Positions 26,773 to 36,315 are shown, numbered from the stretch's first letter. The stretch is 51,206 bases of DNA from Euryarchaeota archaeon UBA495 (GCA_002496845.1 DALQ01000001.1:1-51206); one strand, 5' to 3'. A program made the numbers and translations. The notes: generated by a model from the letters alone, not told the origin.

Positions 26773-26793
26773 TGGCTGATACGCACCGACACA

Positions 26794-26867
26794 GGGCGAT
26801 TAGGGTAGTCTGGATATCCTTCCGGCCTTCGGAGCCGGAGACGTGGGTTCGAATCCTGCATCGCCCG
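26794..26867 (+). tRNA. tRNA-Arg, anticodon TCG, no intron, CCA not encoded
   Basis: Hand-folded cloverleaf. Acceptor GGGCGAT/ATCGCCC, D-arm with A14, G18G19 and A21, anticodon stem CCGGC/GCCGG with loop CTTCGGA, T-arm GTGGG-TTCGAAT-CCTGC, discriminator G. Confidence 0.85.
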
Positions 26868-26993
26868 CTTCTATCCTCTCAAGCAGGTGCACTCATGCAG
26901 GCATCTGACCCTCGATCAGGTTCGTGATTTCCTCAAGGCGAGCCTGGGTTAACCAGGAGTAAGGCTGATGTGCGGCCAAGGTTGCGTGAATCC

Positions 26994-27794
26994 ATGGCCT
27001 CGAATGCCCTTGACGCGCTCATGTGGGAGTCTTTGGCGGTGCTCGCCATCGCCGTGCTGGCGTGGCTGCGCACCGTCGCAAGCGGCCTGGTCACCGTCAT
27101 GGACGTGCTCTGGGGCCTCGGCTTCGTCGTCATCGCCACGGCCCGCATCGTGGCCTTTGGTGGCACCGATACCGTCGGATGGATCGTGTACGGCGCCGTG
27201 ACGGCCTGGGCCCTTCGCCTCGCCATCCACCTCCACCTTCGGACGCGCCACCGCGGAGAAGACCCTCGTTACGTGCGTATGCGTGAAGGATGGGGCGACC
27301 GTTGGTGGTGGGGCAGCTTCGTGCAGGTCTTCCTGCTTCAGGGCATCATCATGCTCGCCGTGGCGGCTCCCCTCCGCCCGTTGTTGGATGCATCCGCTCG
27401 GGCCGCACCCGATCAGGCCGTGCCAATGATGGTCATCGCAGGCCTGCTCTTTGCCGTCGGTCTGCTCATCGAAGCCGTGTCCGACGAGCAGTTGCGCCGG
27501 TTTAGGGCGAACGCTGGGCCCGGACAACTGCTCACCACCGGCTTGTTCGCCGTGGTGCGTCATCCGAACCATCTCGGTGAAGCGATGGTCTGGTGGGGGC
27601 TTGGACTGGCCGCCATCGCCGTCAGCGGTTGGGGCGCATGGCCAGTTCTTTTCGGCCCGCTGCTGCTCAACCTTTTGTTGCGCTGGGTGTCCGGCGTGCG
27701 GATGTCGGAGGTCGATTTGGAAGAACGGCCCGGCTTCGCCGAGTGGATTGCAACCACACCGGCCATGTTGCCTTGGCCTCGGCCGAAACGGTGA
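26994..27794 (+). CDS. DUF1295 / steroid 5-alpha-reductase-like membrane protein
   Basis: Multi-TM protein with LLTTGLFAVVRHPNHLGEAMVWWGLGL (compare the RHPNYFGE signature). ATG 26994 is preferred over the GTG at 26970. Confidence 0.75.
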   Translation: MASNALDALMWESLAVLAIAVLAWLRTVASGLVTVMDVLWGLGFVVIATARIVAFGGTDTVGWIVYGAVTAWALRLAIHLHLRTRHRGEDPRYVRMREGWGDRWWWGSFVQVFLLQGIIMLAVAAPLRPLLDASARAAPDQAVPMMVIAGLLFAVGLLIEAVSDEQLRRFRANAGPGQLLTTGLFAVVRHPNHLGEAMVWWGLGLAAIAVSGWGAWPVLFGPLLLNLLLRWVSGVRMSEVDLEERPGFAEWIATTPAMLPWPRPKR

Positions 27795-27809
27795 GTCAGG
27801 CCTTGCGCG

Positions 27810-29294
27810 TCACGCCGTGGCGTTTCCGGCCACGAGCGGCGTCAATTCGTCCACATCGGCCAACAGGCTCGGCCCGCTCGCAAGGTACACGAGGGTGCCA
27901 AGGCGGTCACGCGAGTCTTCAGGGGTGGGAACGTCCTTCGTCGCACAATCGCCCGTGCATCCGTCCGTGATGGCGATGAAAATGCGCCCTTCAGCGTCGA
28001 TCACGATGTCGTTGAAGTCCAGCAGGTTACGGTTGGAGCCGCCGATGTCACGGCAGTCGCCGCTGTTCAGGCAAATCGAGCCGACTTGGACCGGGTCTTG
28101 GGTGACGCGAACGGTTTGGAAGACGGGGTTCTCGTCCAGGGCATTCAGGCTGTAGGTGACGTAGAGGTCGTAGCTCACGTTGGCCGTGGCGTAGTGAGCG
28201 TTGCCGTCCCATGGGTTTCCGTCGATGTCCGGCACGCCAAGGGCGCCGGCGTCTTCGCTGCCAAGGTAGGCCACCGCCATCCGACCAGGGTCGCCGGCGA
28301 TGATTTGCGGGAACACGCTCGAAACAACTTCGACCGGGGAGATGCGAAGGCTGGTCTGCTCCCACGATTCGCCAGAATCGGTACTACGGGACATGTAGAC
28401 GCCCTGATCACCGCCCGTCCACACGTGGTAGCCGTTGCTCTCGGTGTCGGCGGCCATTTCGGAGTTCTTGCGCGGATTCGGCGTTCCCACGTCTTCGCCC
28501 ATCGTCTTCTCTTCCCAGTTGAGGCCGTTGTCCTTGGAGACCACCAAGGTCGGCGTGGGAACACGAGGTGGCACGTAGACGGTCCCGTCAGGTGCGGAAG
28601 AAATCGCGCCGTGGAGGCCACCGTTTGTGGTGACCAGCCCGAAGGCTTGCCCGCCGACGGCAAAGGTGGCGCCGCCGTCAAGGGAGGTGTAGCAGAAGAT
28701 GCCGGCGAGTTTGTTGTAGCAGAAGTAGACCGCCGAATCGTAGACCGGGCTGCCAATGGCGCCGTAGCCTGAATCCGTCCACGGGCCGGTGGCCAGTTTG
28801 ATGTGGTCGTTCAACGGCACCGGTCCAGAGTCGTGGGGGTTGCCCAACCACGTTTCACCGTCGTCGTCGGACCAACCGATCCACGTGGTCGCCAAACCGA
28901 CCATCTGGACGTTGAAAATGCGGTCCGTGTCCGGATCCACCCATCCCCATGGGTCGCTGGTCGAGGGGGCTTGGGTGACGTCGCCTTCCACGGTGTTGAC
29001 CCAGGTTTCTCCAGAATCGCATGAGCGCATGACCTTCTCGAGGGCGATGAAGAAAATGCAACCGCTGGAGGTCACTCCGATGCTGGGTTCTGGGCCTTGT
29101 TGGCCCACGTCGTTGACGTAGTACGTCGTGCCGAAGGGTTCGACGTCAACCGGAAGACCGTCTCCGCCGGTCACCCATACGCCGTCCATGACCTCGTCTT
29201 CGGTCACCGGAGCAGGGGGCTCCTCGCTGCTGATGCACCCCGCCATCGGCGCGAGGAGCATCAGGAAGGTCAGCAGCAAGGCCACGGGGCGCAT
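27810..29294 (-). CDS. secreted/lipid-anchored BNR (Asp-box) beta-propeller protein, sialidase-like fold
   Basis: Signal peptide with lipobox-like LAPMAGCISS. Five Asp-boxes: SCDSGETW, SDDDGETW, SLDGGATF, SKDNGLNW, STDSGESW. Confidence 0.8.
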   Translation of the reverse strand: MRPVALLLTFLMLLAPMAGCISSEEPPAPVTEDEVMDGVWVTGGDGLPVDVEPFGTTYYVNDVGQQGPEPSIGVTSSGCIFFIALEKVMRSCDSGETWVNTVEGDVTQAPSTSDPWGWVDPDTDRIFNVQMVGLATTWIGWSDDDGETWLGNPHDSGPVPLNDHIKLATGPWTDSGYGAIGSPVYDSAVYFCYNKLAGIFCYTSLDGGATFAVGGQAFGLVTTNGGLHGAISSAPDGTVYVPPRVPTPTLVVSKDNGLNWEEKTMGEDVGTPNPRKNSEMAADTESNGYHVWTGGDQGVYMSRSTDSGESWEQTSLRISPVEVVSSVFPQIIAGDPGRMAVAYLGSEDAGALGVPDIDGNPWDGNAHYATANVSYDLYVTYSLNALDENPVFQTVRVTQDPVQVGSICLNSGDCRDIGGSNRNLLDFNDIVIDAEGRIFIAITDGCTGDCATKDVPTPEDSRDRLGTLVYLASGPSLLADVDELTPLVAGNATA

Positions 29295-29382
29295 GGTCGA
29301 CGCTGGGCCTTGCCCCTCTCAAATCCTCCGCGTGTTGCGGTGATGAACGGTCCTTCAAAACGAACGGGGGCAGCCTCAGGCC

Positions 29383-31707
29383 ATGGTGGACGTTCGCTTG
29401 CCGTCTCACCTCGAGGAACGGTGCCTGCGTCATGCGGGCCCGGAAGCTGCATCGCCGCGCTATGTCGTGCACTGGATGCGTGCTGCTTTGCGCTTGGACG
29501 AAAACCCGACCTTTGACGTCGCTCGGACCTTGGCCAACGGCCTTGGTCTGCCGCTGCTCGTCTACCAAGGCATCGACGAGCGGTACCCCCATGCCTCCTA
29601 CCGCCATCATCGCTTCTTGCTGGAAGGGGCCGCTGATGTCGCCCACCGCGCAGCAGAACTCGGCGTGAAGCATCTGCTCCATGTGGCCCGTGACGGTCAC
29701 CGTGAGCCGGCCCTCCTGCACCTTGCCGAAGAAGCAGCGGTGGTGATCACCGATTTGGTGGACCTCCCTCCATGGTCCGAATGGACCCAATCGGTGGCCA
29801 GCACACGCGCGATCATCGAAGTGGACGCCCACTGCGTGTTGCCCAGAACGGTGTTCGGGCGCACGGCCGATCGCCCCTTCCGGTTTCGGGACGCCACCAA
29901 GCGTGCGATGAAGCAACGAATGGGGCAACCATGGCCTCGTTGCGGTCACGAAACACTCCCCCTGCCCGAGGCGTGGGAGCCGCCGTTCACGCCGGTTGAT
30001 GCGGCTGCGGAACTCCGCAAGGACGGGGCTCAGAGCCTGCTGGCCGCTTGCAACATTGACCCAACGGTCATTCCGGTGACGGACATGGTCGGTGGTGCGT
30101 CGGCGGGCATGGCCCGATGGAACGCCTACCTCAAGGAAGGGCTGAGCCGCTACCATCGCACGCGTAACAACGCATCTCAACGGGATGGAGTCAGTGGCAT
30201 GTCGCCATGGTTGCACCACGGCATGGTGGCAGCGACACGCCTCGTGCGGGACGCAGCAGAGCACGGCACCAAAGGGGCGGAGAAATTCCTCGACGAAATG
30301 CTGGTCTTCCGAGAGCATGCCTACCACCACGTCCACGACGTGGACCGACCGATGGATTGGGACCGCCTCCCTGACTGGGCTCGGACCTCATGGCGAAGGT
30401 CGGCGTTGACCCACCCTGCATTGGTTTCCATGGATTTGGAACGTGGACGCAGCAGCGATGCGCTGTGGAACGCGGCCCAAACCGGGATGGTGCGGCACGG
30501 CGTGATGCACAACAACGTCCGCATGACGTGGGGCAAAGGCACCGTGCGGTGGATGGAGGACCCAGAAGCCGCCATGCGCCTTACGCAAGACCTCAACGAT
30601 CGGTACGCTTTGGACGGAAGGAACCCCAATTCTGTTGCAGGCGTGATGTGGTGCTTCGGCCTCTTTGATCGCCCATTCGATCCACCGGAAGCGCGCATGG
30701 GGCGGGTGCGTCGACGCGATCCTCGTGACCACGCGGCTCGCCTCGACATGGACGGTTACCGCGCATGGACCGAAGCACCAAGCGGAGCGCAAAAGCTCAG
30801 CATTGGTGTCGTCGGGGGCGGACTTTCCGGCCGGTTTGCGGCCCGGATGCTGAGCGATCTTGGCCATGACGTGACCGTGTACGACAAGGGCCGAAGGGCC
30901 AGTGGGCGGCTGTCGGACCGGACGGCGGGCGACGGGACACCGTTCCAACTTGGGGCGCCGAAACTCGACGGTTGGCCCGAGTGGTCCGAACGGCACGTGC
31001 AGGACTGGGTGGAGCGAGGCTTCCTTGAGGTCGGCGGAGAACGACCTGAATCGACCCTGCCCCCTCTTCTCGACCACCTTGGCGAAGGGCTCGATGTGCG
31101 GCAGCTGCACCGTGTGGATGGACTCGAATCGACGTCGAATGGGGCTCGCTTGCGCATCATTTCACCCGATGGACCGATGGAAGTTGAGCACGACCACGTC
31201 CTCGTGGCCGCGCCCTTCGAGCAATCCAGGGCGCTGTTGGACACCGCGGGCATCGCAGTGACGGGACAAAGTGAGCCGTGCTGGGTGGCGTGGGGCCCTT
31301 GCCCCAAAGACGACCCGGAGGTCCCATCGGGATGGACGTTGACGCGGCGAGGCCACGGCGGAACCACCCTCGAAGTTCGCATGGATGCCGAAACCAGCGC
31401 CGCAGACCTCGAACGGAGTTTGCCGGACATGGCCGCTCACGTGGCCGCAACCCTTGGCGTGGATCCCGAAGGGTGGGCCGCGCACCGTTGGAGGTTCAGC
31501 CGCCCCATCGAAGGGCCAGAAACCGTGGTTCGTCACGGGGCCTTCAGCGTGATTGGGGACGCCTTTGGAAGCCCTATCGGAACGGCAGGGGCAGCCTTGG
31601 ACAGCGCGGCCCGTGCCGTCGCAAACCTTCACTGCACGGTCGGCTGGGAGCCCAGCACCGTTGAGCCCAGCCTTCAGCAGACGGATCTTTCGACGTGGGG
31701 GGCTTGA
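29383..31707 (+). CDS. phr: class II CPD photolyase fused to a C-terminal FAD/NAD(P)-binding oxidoreductase domain
   Basis: aa 1-~460: YVVHWMRAALRLDENP, SGMSPWLHHG, GVMHNNVRMTWGK, NDRYALDGRNPNSVAGVMWCFGLFDRPF (class II signatures). aa ~471-774: KLSIGVVGGGLSGRFAARMLSDLGHDVTVYDKGRRASGR (dinucleotide-binding fold). One uninterrupted frame. Confidence 0.85.
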   Translation: MVDVRLPSHLEERCLRHAGPEAASPRYVVHWMRAALRLDENPTFDVARTLANGLGLPLLVYQGIDERYPHASYRHHRFLLEGAADVAHRAAELGVKHLLHVARDGHREPALLHLAEEAAVVITDLVDLPPWSEWTQSVASTRAIIEVDAHCVLPRTVFGRTADRPFRFRDATKRAMKQRMGQPWPRCGHETLPLPEAWEPPFTPVDAAAELRKDGAQSLLAACNIDPTVIPVTDMVGGASAGMARWNAYLKEGLSRYHRTRNNASQRDGVSGMSPWLHHGMVAATRLVRDAAEHGTKGAEKFLDEMLVFREHAYHHVHDVDRPMDWDRLPDWARTSWRRSALTHPALVSMDLERGRSSDALWNAAQTGMVRHGVMHNNVRMTWGKGTVRWMEDPEAAMRLTQDLNDRYALDGRNPNSVAGVMWCFGLFDRPFDPPEARMGRVRRRDPRDHAARLDMDGYRAWTEAPSGAQKLSIGVVGGGLSGRFAARMLSDLGHDVTVYDKGRRASGRLSDRTAGDGTPFQLGAPKLDGWPEWSERHVQDWVERGFLEVGGERPESTLPPLLDHLGEGLDVRQLHRVDGLESTSNGARLRIISPDGPMEVEHDHVLVAAPFEQSRALLDTAGIAVTGQSEPCWVAWGPCPKDDPEVPSGWTLTRRGHGGTTLEVRMDAETSAADLERSLPDMAAHVAATLGVDPEGWAAHRWRFSRPIEGPETVVRHGAFSVIGDAFGSPIGTAGAALDSAARAVANLHCTVGWEPSTVEPSLQQTDLSTWGA

Positions 31708-33387
31708 ATGGGAGCTTTTCGAGACGCCCTCAAACCCGCAAATTGCGAGGGTGTTCAGCGATGGTGCTACGTTCATCCCGATCAACTCAACCTTGACGTG
31801 GGGCCTTGGCGCCCCACGCCAGAACGGCCTCGTTCGTCCATTGGCCTGGTCCTGATCGAAACCTCATGGAAGGCCAACCAACGGCCTTACCATCAACAAA
31901 AATTGGCCTTGGTGTTGACCAACCTGCGTCATTTTGCCCTCGAAGCTCAGGAAGCGGGACATCCCGTGATGGTGCTTCATGACGACCGACCGTACGAAAC
32001 CGTCCTCGCGGCGCAGGCCGACCTGTTGGGGCCGATTCATGCCATGCGATGGGCCGAACGAGAGACGCGCCTTGCCTTGGAACCCTTGGAAGCCAAGGGA
32101 GCGCTCATGGTGGAGGAGCACACAGGTTGGTTGACGGATCGCGCGCTCTTCGACCGTGCGGTGGGCAACAAACGCCCGTGGCGCATGGACGCCTTCTACC
32201 GTGAGGCGCGGAAAGTCCACGGCATCTTGGTGACCGAAGACGGAAAGCCAATCGGTGGGAAATGGTCCCTTGACGCAGAGAATCGCTTGCCGTGGGACGG
32301 AGCCGTGCCGCTGCCAGAGGTGCCAACCTTCCCACCGGACGCCATCACCCAAGAAGTGGTGGAAACGGTGGAGACGCGCTACGCCGACCACCCTGGTCGG
32401 GTCACGCCTCATGATTTGCCGGCCTCGGCCATGGACGCTGAACGCGCATGGCGCTGGGCCCTTGACGAAGCCATGCCGTATTTCGGACCGTACGAGGACG
32501 CCATGACCGTGCAGCATCGCTCGCTGTTCCACACCCGAATCGCCACGCTGCTCAACCTTGGCCGCTTGCAAGCAGGCCGGGTCGTCCGCGACGTCCAACA
32601 AGCGGAATTGGCTCTGAACAGCAAGGAGGGGTTCATCCGCCAGGTGCTCGGATGGCGGGAATTCATTCGGCACGTTCACGACGCCACGGAGGGCTTGACC
32701 GAGCACGTTCACGTCGGCATGAGCACGACGTCGCGACCTGCAGGCGGATGGCCCGGCGCATGGCCAGATGCCCCCCCAACCGTCAATGCGCTAGCAGACG
32801 ACGTCCCGCTTCCTCAGGCCTATTGGGGGGCGAAAAGTGGCTTGGCCTGCCTCGATGACGTGACCCAAGCGGTGCTCGAAGACGGATGGACCCATCACAT
32901 TCCACGCCTGATGGTGCTCGCCAACCTTGGCACGCTGATCGGGGTTCGGCCACGGGAATTGACCGATTGGTTCTGGGCCATGTTCACGGACGCCTACGAT
33001 TGGGTGGTCGAACCGAACGTGCTGGCGATGGGCACCTACGCCACGGGTCCGCTGATGTCGACCAAACCGTACGTCTGCGGAACGCCCTACCTGAAACGCA
33101 TGGGGGACGCCTGCAAAGGCTGTGCCTTCTCGCCGTCCTCCACCTGCCCGATTTCCGACATGTACTGGGCCTTTCTCGCCCGGCATGCGCCCTTGTTTGA
33201 GGGCAACTTTCGCATGACGATGCCGTTGAGAACGCTGGCCAAACGTTCGCCTGAGAAACGCGAAGCCGATGCTCGAGTCCACGCCACTGTGGTCGACGTG
33301 CTCGGTCAAGGCCGCGCGCTCACCCCCCAGGACGTCAAGCAAGCTCGGGCCGGAGGGCGTGCGACAGAGCCAAGTCCTGCGCAATGA
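31708..33387 (+). CDS. cryptochrome/photolyase-family protein of the Fe-S bacterial type (FeS-BCP; PhrB/CryB-like, probable (6-4) photolyase)
   Basis: COG3046-like N-terminus, GLACLDD...GWTHHIPRLMVLANL, and a C-terminal Cys set DACKGCAFSPSSTCP giving the four Fe-S ligand candidates. The ATG directly follows the previous stop (TGAATG). Confidence 0.8.
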   Translation: MGAFRDALKPANCEGVQRWCYVHPDQLNLDVGPWRPTPERPRSSIGLVLIETSWKANQRPYHQQKLALVLTNLRHFALEAQEAGHPVMVLHDDRPYETVLAAQADLLGPIHAMRWAERETRLALEPLEAKGALMVEEHTGWLTDRALFDRAVGNKRPWRMDAFYREARKVHGILVTEDGKPIGGKWSLDAENRLPWDGAVPLPEVPTFPPDAITQEVVETVETRYADHPGRVTPHDLPASAMDAERAWRWALDEAMPYFGPYEDAMTVQHRSLFHTRIATLLNLGRLQAGRVVRDVQQAELALNSKEGFIRQVLGWREFIRHVHDATEGLTEHVHVGMSTTSRPAGGWPGAWPDAPPTVNALADDVPLPQAYWGAKSGLACLDDVTQAVLEDGWTHHIPRLMVLANLGTLIGVRPRELTDWFWAMFTDAYDWVVEPNVLAMGTYATGPLMSTKPYVCGTPYLKRMGDACKGCAFSPSSTCPISDMYWAFLARHAPLFEGNFRMTMPLRTLAKRSPEKREADARVHATVVDVLGQGRALTPQDVKQARAGGRATEPSPAQ

Positions 33388-33396
33388 GTTCCTTCC

Positions 33397-33894
33397 ATGG
33401 ACCCTGAGCGCGATGCGCAATGGCTGGTCCAACGCCTCCGCGAAGAAGAGGACCTGCGCCCCGCGTACCGCATGAAACGCGAGCGACGGTGGGCGTCTGA
33501 AGCCACCGTTTTGCGTGACCATGAGGGAGGCATCACGGCCTACACTGAACTTCGGAAGCACCTGTTCGCCGTGGAATTGACCACGGTGGTGGTCGATCCA
33601 GCACACCGCGGCAAAGGGCTCTGTCATGCCTTGATGGAAGCCGCCGTGCAATCGACCGATGCGCGACCCCTGATCCTCTTCACGCGAGCGCCTGCCCTCG
33701 AGACGGCCGTTGCTCGGCTTGGGTTCGAACAACGGCGCCCGCCAAACCCGTTGACCTTGCTCTCGGTCGGTCTGCGTGCGCTCTCGCGTTGCTTTCGCAT
33801 GGCGATGGGCGGTGAGGTGCGAAAAATGTGGACGCAAGTGGTCCATGTTCGCGCCTTTCGTTGCTGGGTGCTGACCGAAAAACCCGGTTCATGA
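33397..33894 (+). CDS. GNAT-family acetyltransferase
   Basis: VVVDPAHRGKGLCHALMEAAV (motif A). Starts 9 nt downstream of the FeS-BCP gene. Confidence 0.7.
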   Translation: MDPERDAQWLVQRLREEEDLRPAYRMKRERRWASEATVLRDHEGGITAYTELRKHLFAVELTTVVVDPAHRGKGLCHALMEAAVQSTDARPLILFTRAPALETAVARLGFEQRRPPNPLTLLSVGLRALSRCFRMAMGGEVRKMWTQVVHVRAFRCWVLTEKPGS

Positions 33895-33895
33895 C

Positions 33896-34930
33896 CTACT
33901 CTTCCTCATCGGCCGCCGGGGTGGCGAGTCCGCACATGCTGACCTCAAACCCGGCCCGTTCCAGCGGCATGCGCAGGGCCTCAAGTGCGCCCGGCGTGGC
34001 GTCTTCTGGTCGACGTGGCACCACCACGGCCGACACGCCAAGCATGCACAAACGGCAGGTCCACGTCTCGTCCAGTCCGGTTTCACTGAGGGCGACTTGT
34101 ACGGCCTGCAGGAGCCATGAACGCTCCACCTCGTCTTCAAGCCCTGAAACGGAGGCAAAGTCGGCGGCGGCCAGCAAAAGATCGCCCCATCGACCTTCGT
34201 CCCATGGACCGTCCATCAATGGAGCAAGGGCGGCTTCTCCGGCTTCGGTGATGGAACGTTTCCAGCCGGGGTGGTCGATGTAAGCCGAAGTGTGCCTGGT
34301 TTCGTCAGGTTGCCACACCAGCAGAACGGGCGCGTCAATCACGGCCCCTTCAGCGATGCCGGACACGCCTGGCGCACCGGGTTGACGCCTCAGCGCCATG
34401 CCCCCGGCCTGCAAGGCCAACACGTCCCCAAGACCGCCGCGGTGCAAGCGTTCGAGGCGGTGGGCCGCACGTGCGGCGTAGTCCGCGTCAGGGGCGCCGT
34501 TGGCCTCCAGCACGGCCAACGCAGCAGCCAGAAGACCGGCGGCCGACATGCCGAAGCCTTGGCTGATGGGCAACTCGAGATGAACCTCAAGCCGCCAAGC
34601 GGTTGAACGAGGAATGCGCCTGACCGCGCGAAGGTCCTCGATCAGCGTGACGTACAGCGCTTGGCCCTCTGGCCAAAGGGTTCCAAACCGGTCCTTGACG
34701 ACCACCTCGATCTCACCGTTTCGTGACGGAGGACGAAGCGGGGGGGCAGCACCTGCCGAGGCCTCAGGGGGAAGCGCTGGTTGTGCCTCGGCTCGAACAC
34801 GGACGCCAGCATCGAGGCAAAGGCCGGCGCCTCGGCTTCCCTGCCGTCGCGGCAAGAGTTCCTCGTCGTGAATGGAAAACAACAGGGTGATGTGCCCGCC
34901 AACGTGGGACTCACCGACGGTCATCAACAA
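33896..34930 (-). CDS. GHMP-kinase family protein, archaeal pantoate kinase-like (COG1829)
   Basis: GGHITLLFSI...QGSRGAGLCLDAGV (compare aHITgfF...GSrGAGv in pantoate kinases) and the GHMP motif ISQGFGMSAAGLLAAALAV. Confidence 0.65.
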   Translation of the reverse strand: MLMTVGESHVGGHITLLFSIHDEELLPRRQGSRGAGLCLDAGVRVRAEAQPALPPEASAGAAPPLRPPSRNGEIEVVVKDRFGTLWPEGQALYVTLIEDLRAVRRIPRSTAWRLEVHLELPISQGFGMSAAGLLAAALAVLEANGAPDADYAARAAHRLERLHRGGLGDVLALQAGGMALRRQPGAPGVSGIAEGAVIDAPVLLVWQPDETRHTSAYIDHPGWKRSITEAGEAALAPLMDGPWDEGRWGDLLLAAADFASVSGLEDEVERSWLLQAVQVALSETGLDETWTCRLCMLGVSAVVVPRRPEDATPGALEALRMPLERAGFEVSMCGLATPAADEEE

Positions 34931-34983
34931 ACAAGCAGCGCACGCCGTCCATCAAGGTGCGTGAGGTCAAGCGCAACCTGCGT

Positions 34984-35913
34984 TCAAGCAAGGCCCTTCT
35001 CGAGGTCACCCGAGATGTTGATGAAACGCTCACTGAGTTCGCGAAGCGCTTCGTTGATCACGACGTCGGGCGCCATGGCGCCGTCGGACTCGAAGGTGAA
35101 CACGTAAGCGCCCGGGACGTCTTCGAACACGATGGCCTCACCGAAGGCTTCGTCGCGGCCGGTGCCGGGTCCAACTTGGTGGATGGCCTTCTCGAGATCG
35201 TGCACGGTGTCGATGTCCTCAACACGGTTCTTGGTGAACAGCTTGGCATCGATGGCGCGACCGTCGCTGGTCGTCAAGTTGAGGGCAAAGAGGGCCTCTG
35301 CGCCCTTCTTGTCCTGAAGGACAGCGACGCGCTGGGGGTGGAAGGTCACCGCTGCAGCCGGAGCGTGCTTGACGTGGTCACGGCCGCGGCCGTAGGTGGC
35401 AAAGGCGTAGAACTCGAGGTATTGGCCCTTGGCGAGGATCGTCAGAGGGATGCGCGCGAATTCTTCAGGGATGTCGAACATCGGGTCGGAGAGGGTCATC
35501 ATGTCACCGACGTGCACGGTGCGGAACTCTTCTTCGTCTTCTGCGGAGGGGCCGCGGGCGTTGAGGGAATAGAGCACCTGGCACTGCATGCAACCGCGCT
35601 CGTCTTTGACCAAGGTGCTGCAGTTGGGGCATTCGTCAACGAAGTGGAGCCCTTCGTCGGGGTAGGTGGGGACGGGGAGCATCGCCAGTCGGTGGGCGAT
35701 GACTTCGTCGGGGAGGGCGTTGACGGATTCAACGACCTCGCCTTGGTTGTCTTGGTTGACCCCTTGGGTGAAGTCCACGAAGGCAATCGCCATCTTGGGA
35801 ACATCGCTGAGGATGGCTCGGCGGATGGCGTTGACCTGCGAAGCGTCGCTGTCGCTGATGAGGTACTTCGCCTTGCGGCCCTTGGGCCATCCCTTCACGG
35901 ATTCGATGTTCAT
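34984..35913 (-). CDS. rpoD: DNA-directed RNA polymerase subunit D (Rpo3)
   Basis: SQVNAIRRAILSDVPKMAI, Cys cluster ECPNCSTLVKDERGCMQCQ. Located directly downstream of uS11 as in the conserved archaeal operon. Confidence 0.9.
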   Translation of the reverse strand: MNIESVKGWPKGRKAKYLISDSDASQVNAIRRAILSDVPKMAIAFVDFTQGVNQDNQGEVVESVNALPDEVIAHRLAMLPVPTYPDEGLHFVDECPNCSTLVKDERGCMQCQVLYSLNARGPSAEDEEEFRTVHVGDMMTLSDPMFDIPEEFARIPLTILAKGQYLEFYAFATYGRGRDHVKHAPAAAVTFHPQRVAVLQDKKGAEALFALNLTTSDGRAIDAKLFTKNRVEDIDTVHDLEKAIHQVGPGTGRDEAFGEAIVFEDVPGAYVFTFESDGAMAPDVVINEALRELSERFINISGDLEKGLA

Positions 35914-35928
35914 GGTAATCCACCTCGT

Positions 35929-36315
35929 TCAGACGCGGCGACCTCGGCGGCCGCCCTTCTTCTTCGTCCCGTCGTGGGCGATTGGAGTGACGTCTTCGAT
36001 GCGCGTGATGGTCATGCCGGCACGGGTCAAGGCGCGAATGGCGGCCTGAGCACCGGGTCCGGTCGTGTTGGCCTTGTTGCCGCCAGGCGCGCGGTACTTG
36101 ATGATCAGTTGCGTGAATTCCTTCTCGCGGAGGTCGTCGGCCAAGCGCTCAGCAGCACGGGTGGCTGCGAACTGGCCGCCGCTGTCGGAAGCGGTCTTGA
36201 CGACCTGGCCGCCGGAGCAGGTGGCGATGGTTTCCGCGCCCGTCAGATCGGTCGCGGTCATCAGGACGTTGTTGTACGAGGAGAAGATGTGGACGACGGC
36301 TCGACGGTCGGACAT
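35929..36315 (-). CDS. rps11: 30S ribosomal protein uS11
   Basis: [22 protein letters not shown]...[31 protein letters not shown]. Confidence 0.95.
   Translation of the reverse strand: MSDRRAVVHIFSSYNNVLMTATDLTGAETIATCSGGQVVKTASDSGGQFAATRAAERLADDLREKEFTQLIIKYRAPGGNKANTTGPGAQAAIRALTRAGMTITRIEDVTPIAHDGTKKKGGRRGRRV

Noticed and set aside
26794-33894. tRNA-Arg as the attachment site of an integrated element carrying DUF1295, BNR and photolyase genes
   Set aside because: No integrase or recombinase gene is present. I could not spot a direct repeat of the tRNA 3' end downstream, and there is no obvious compositional break. A proper repeat search was not possible by eye.
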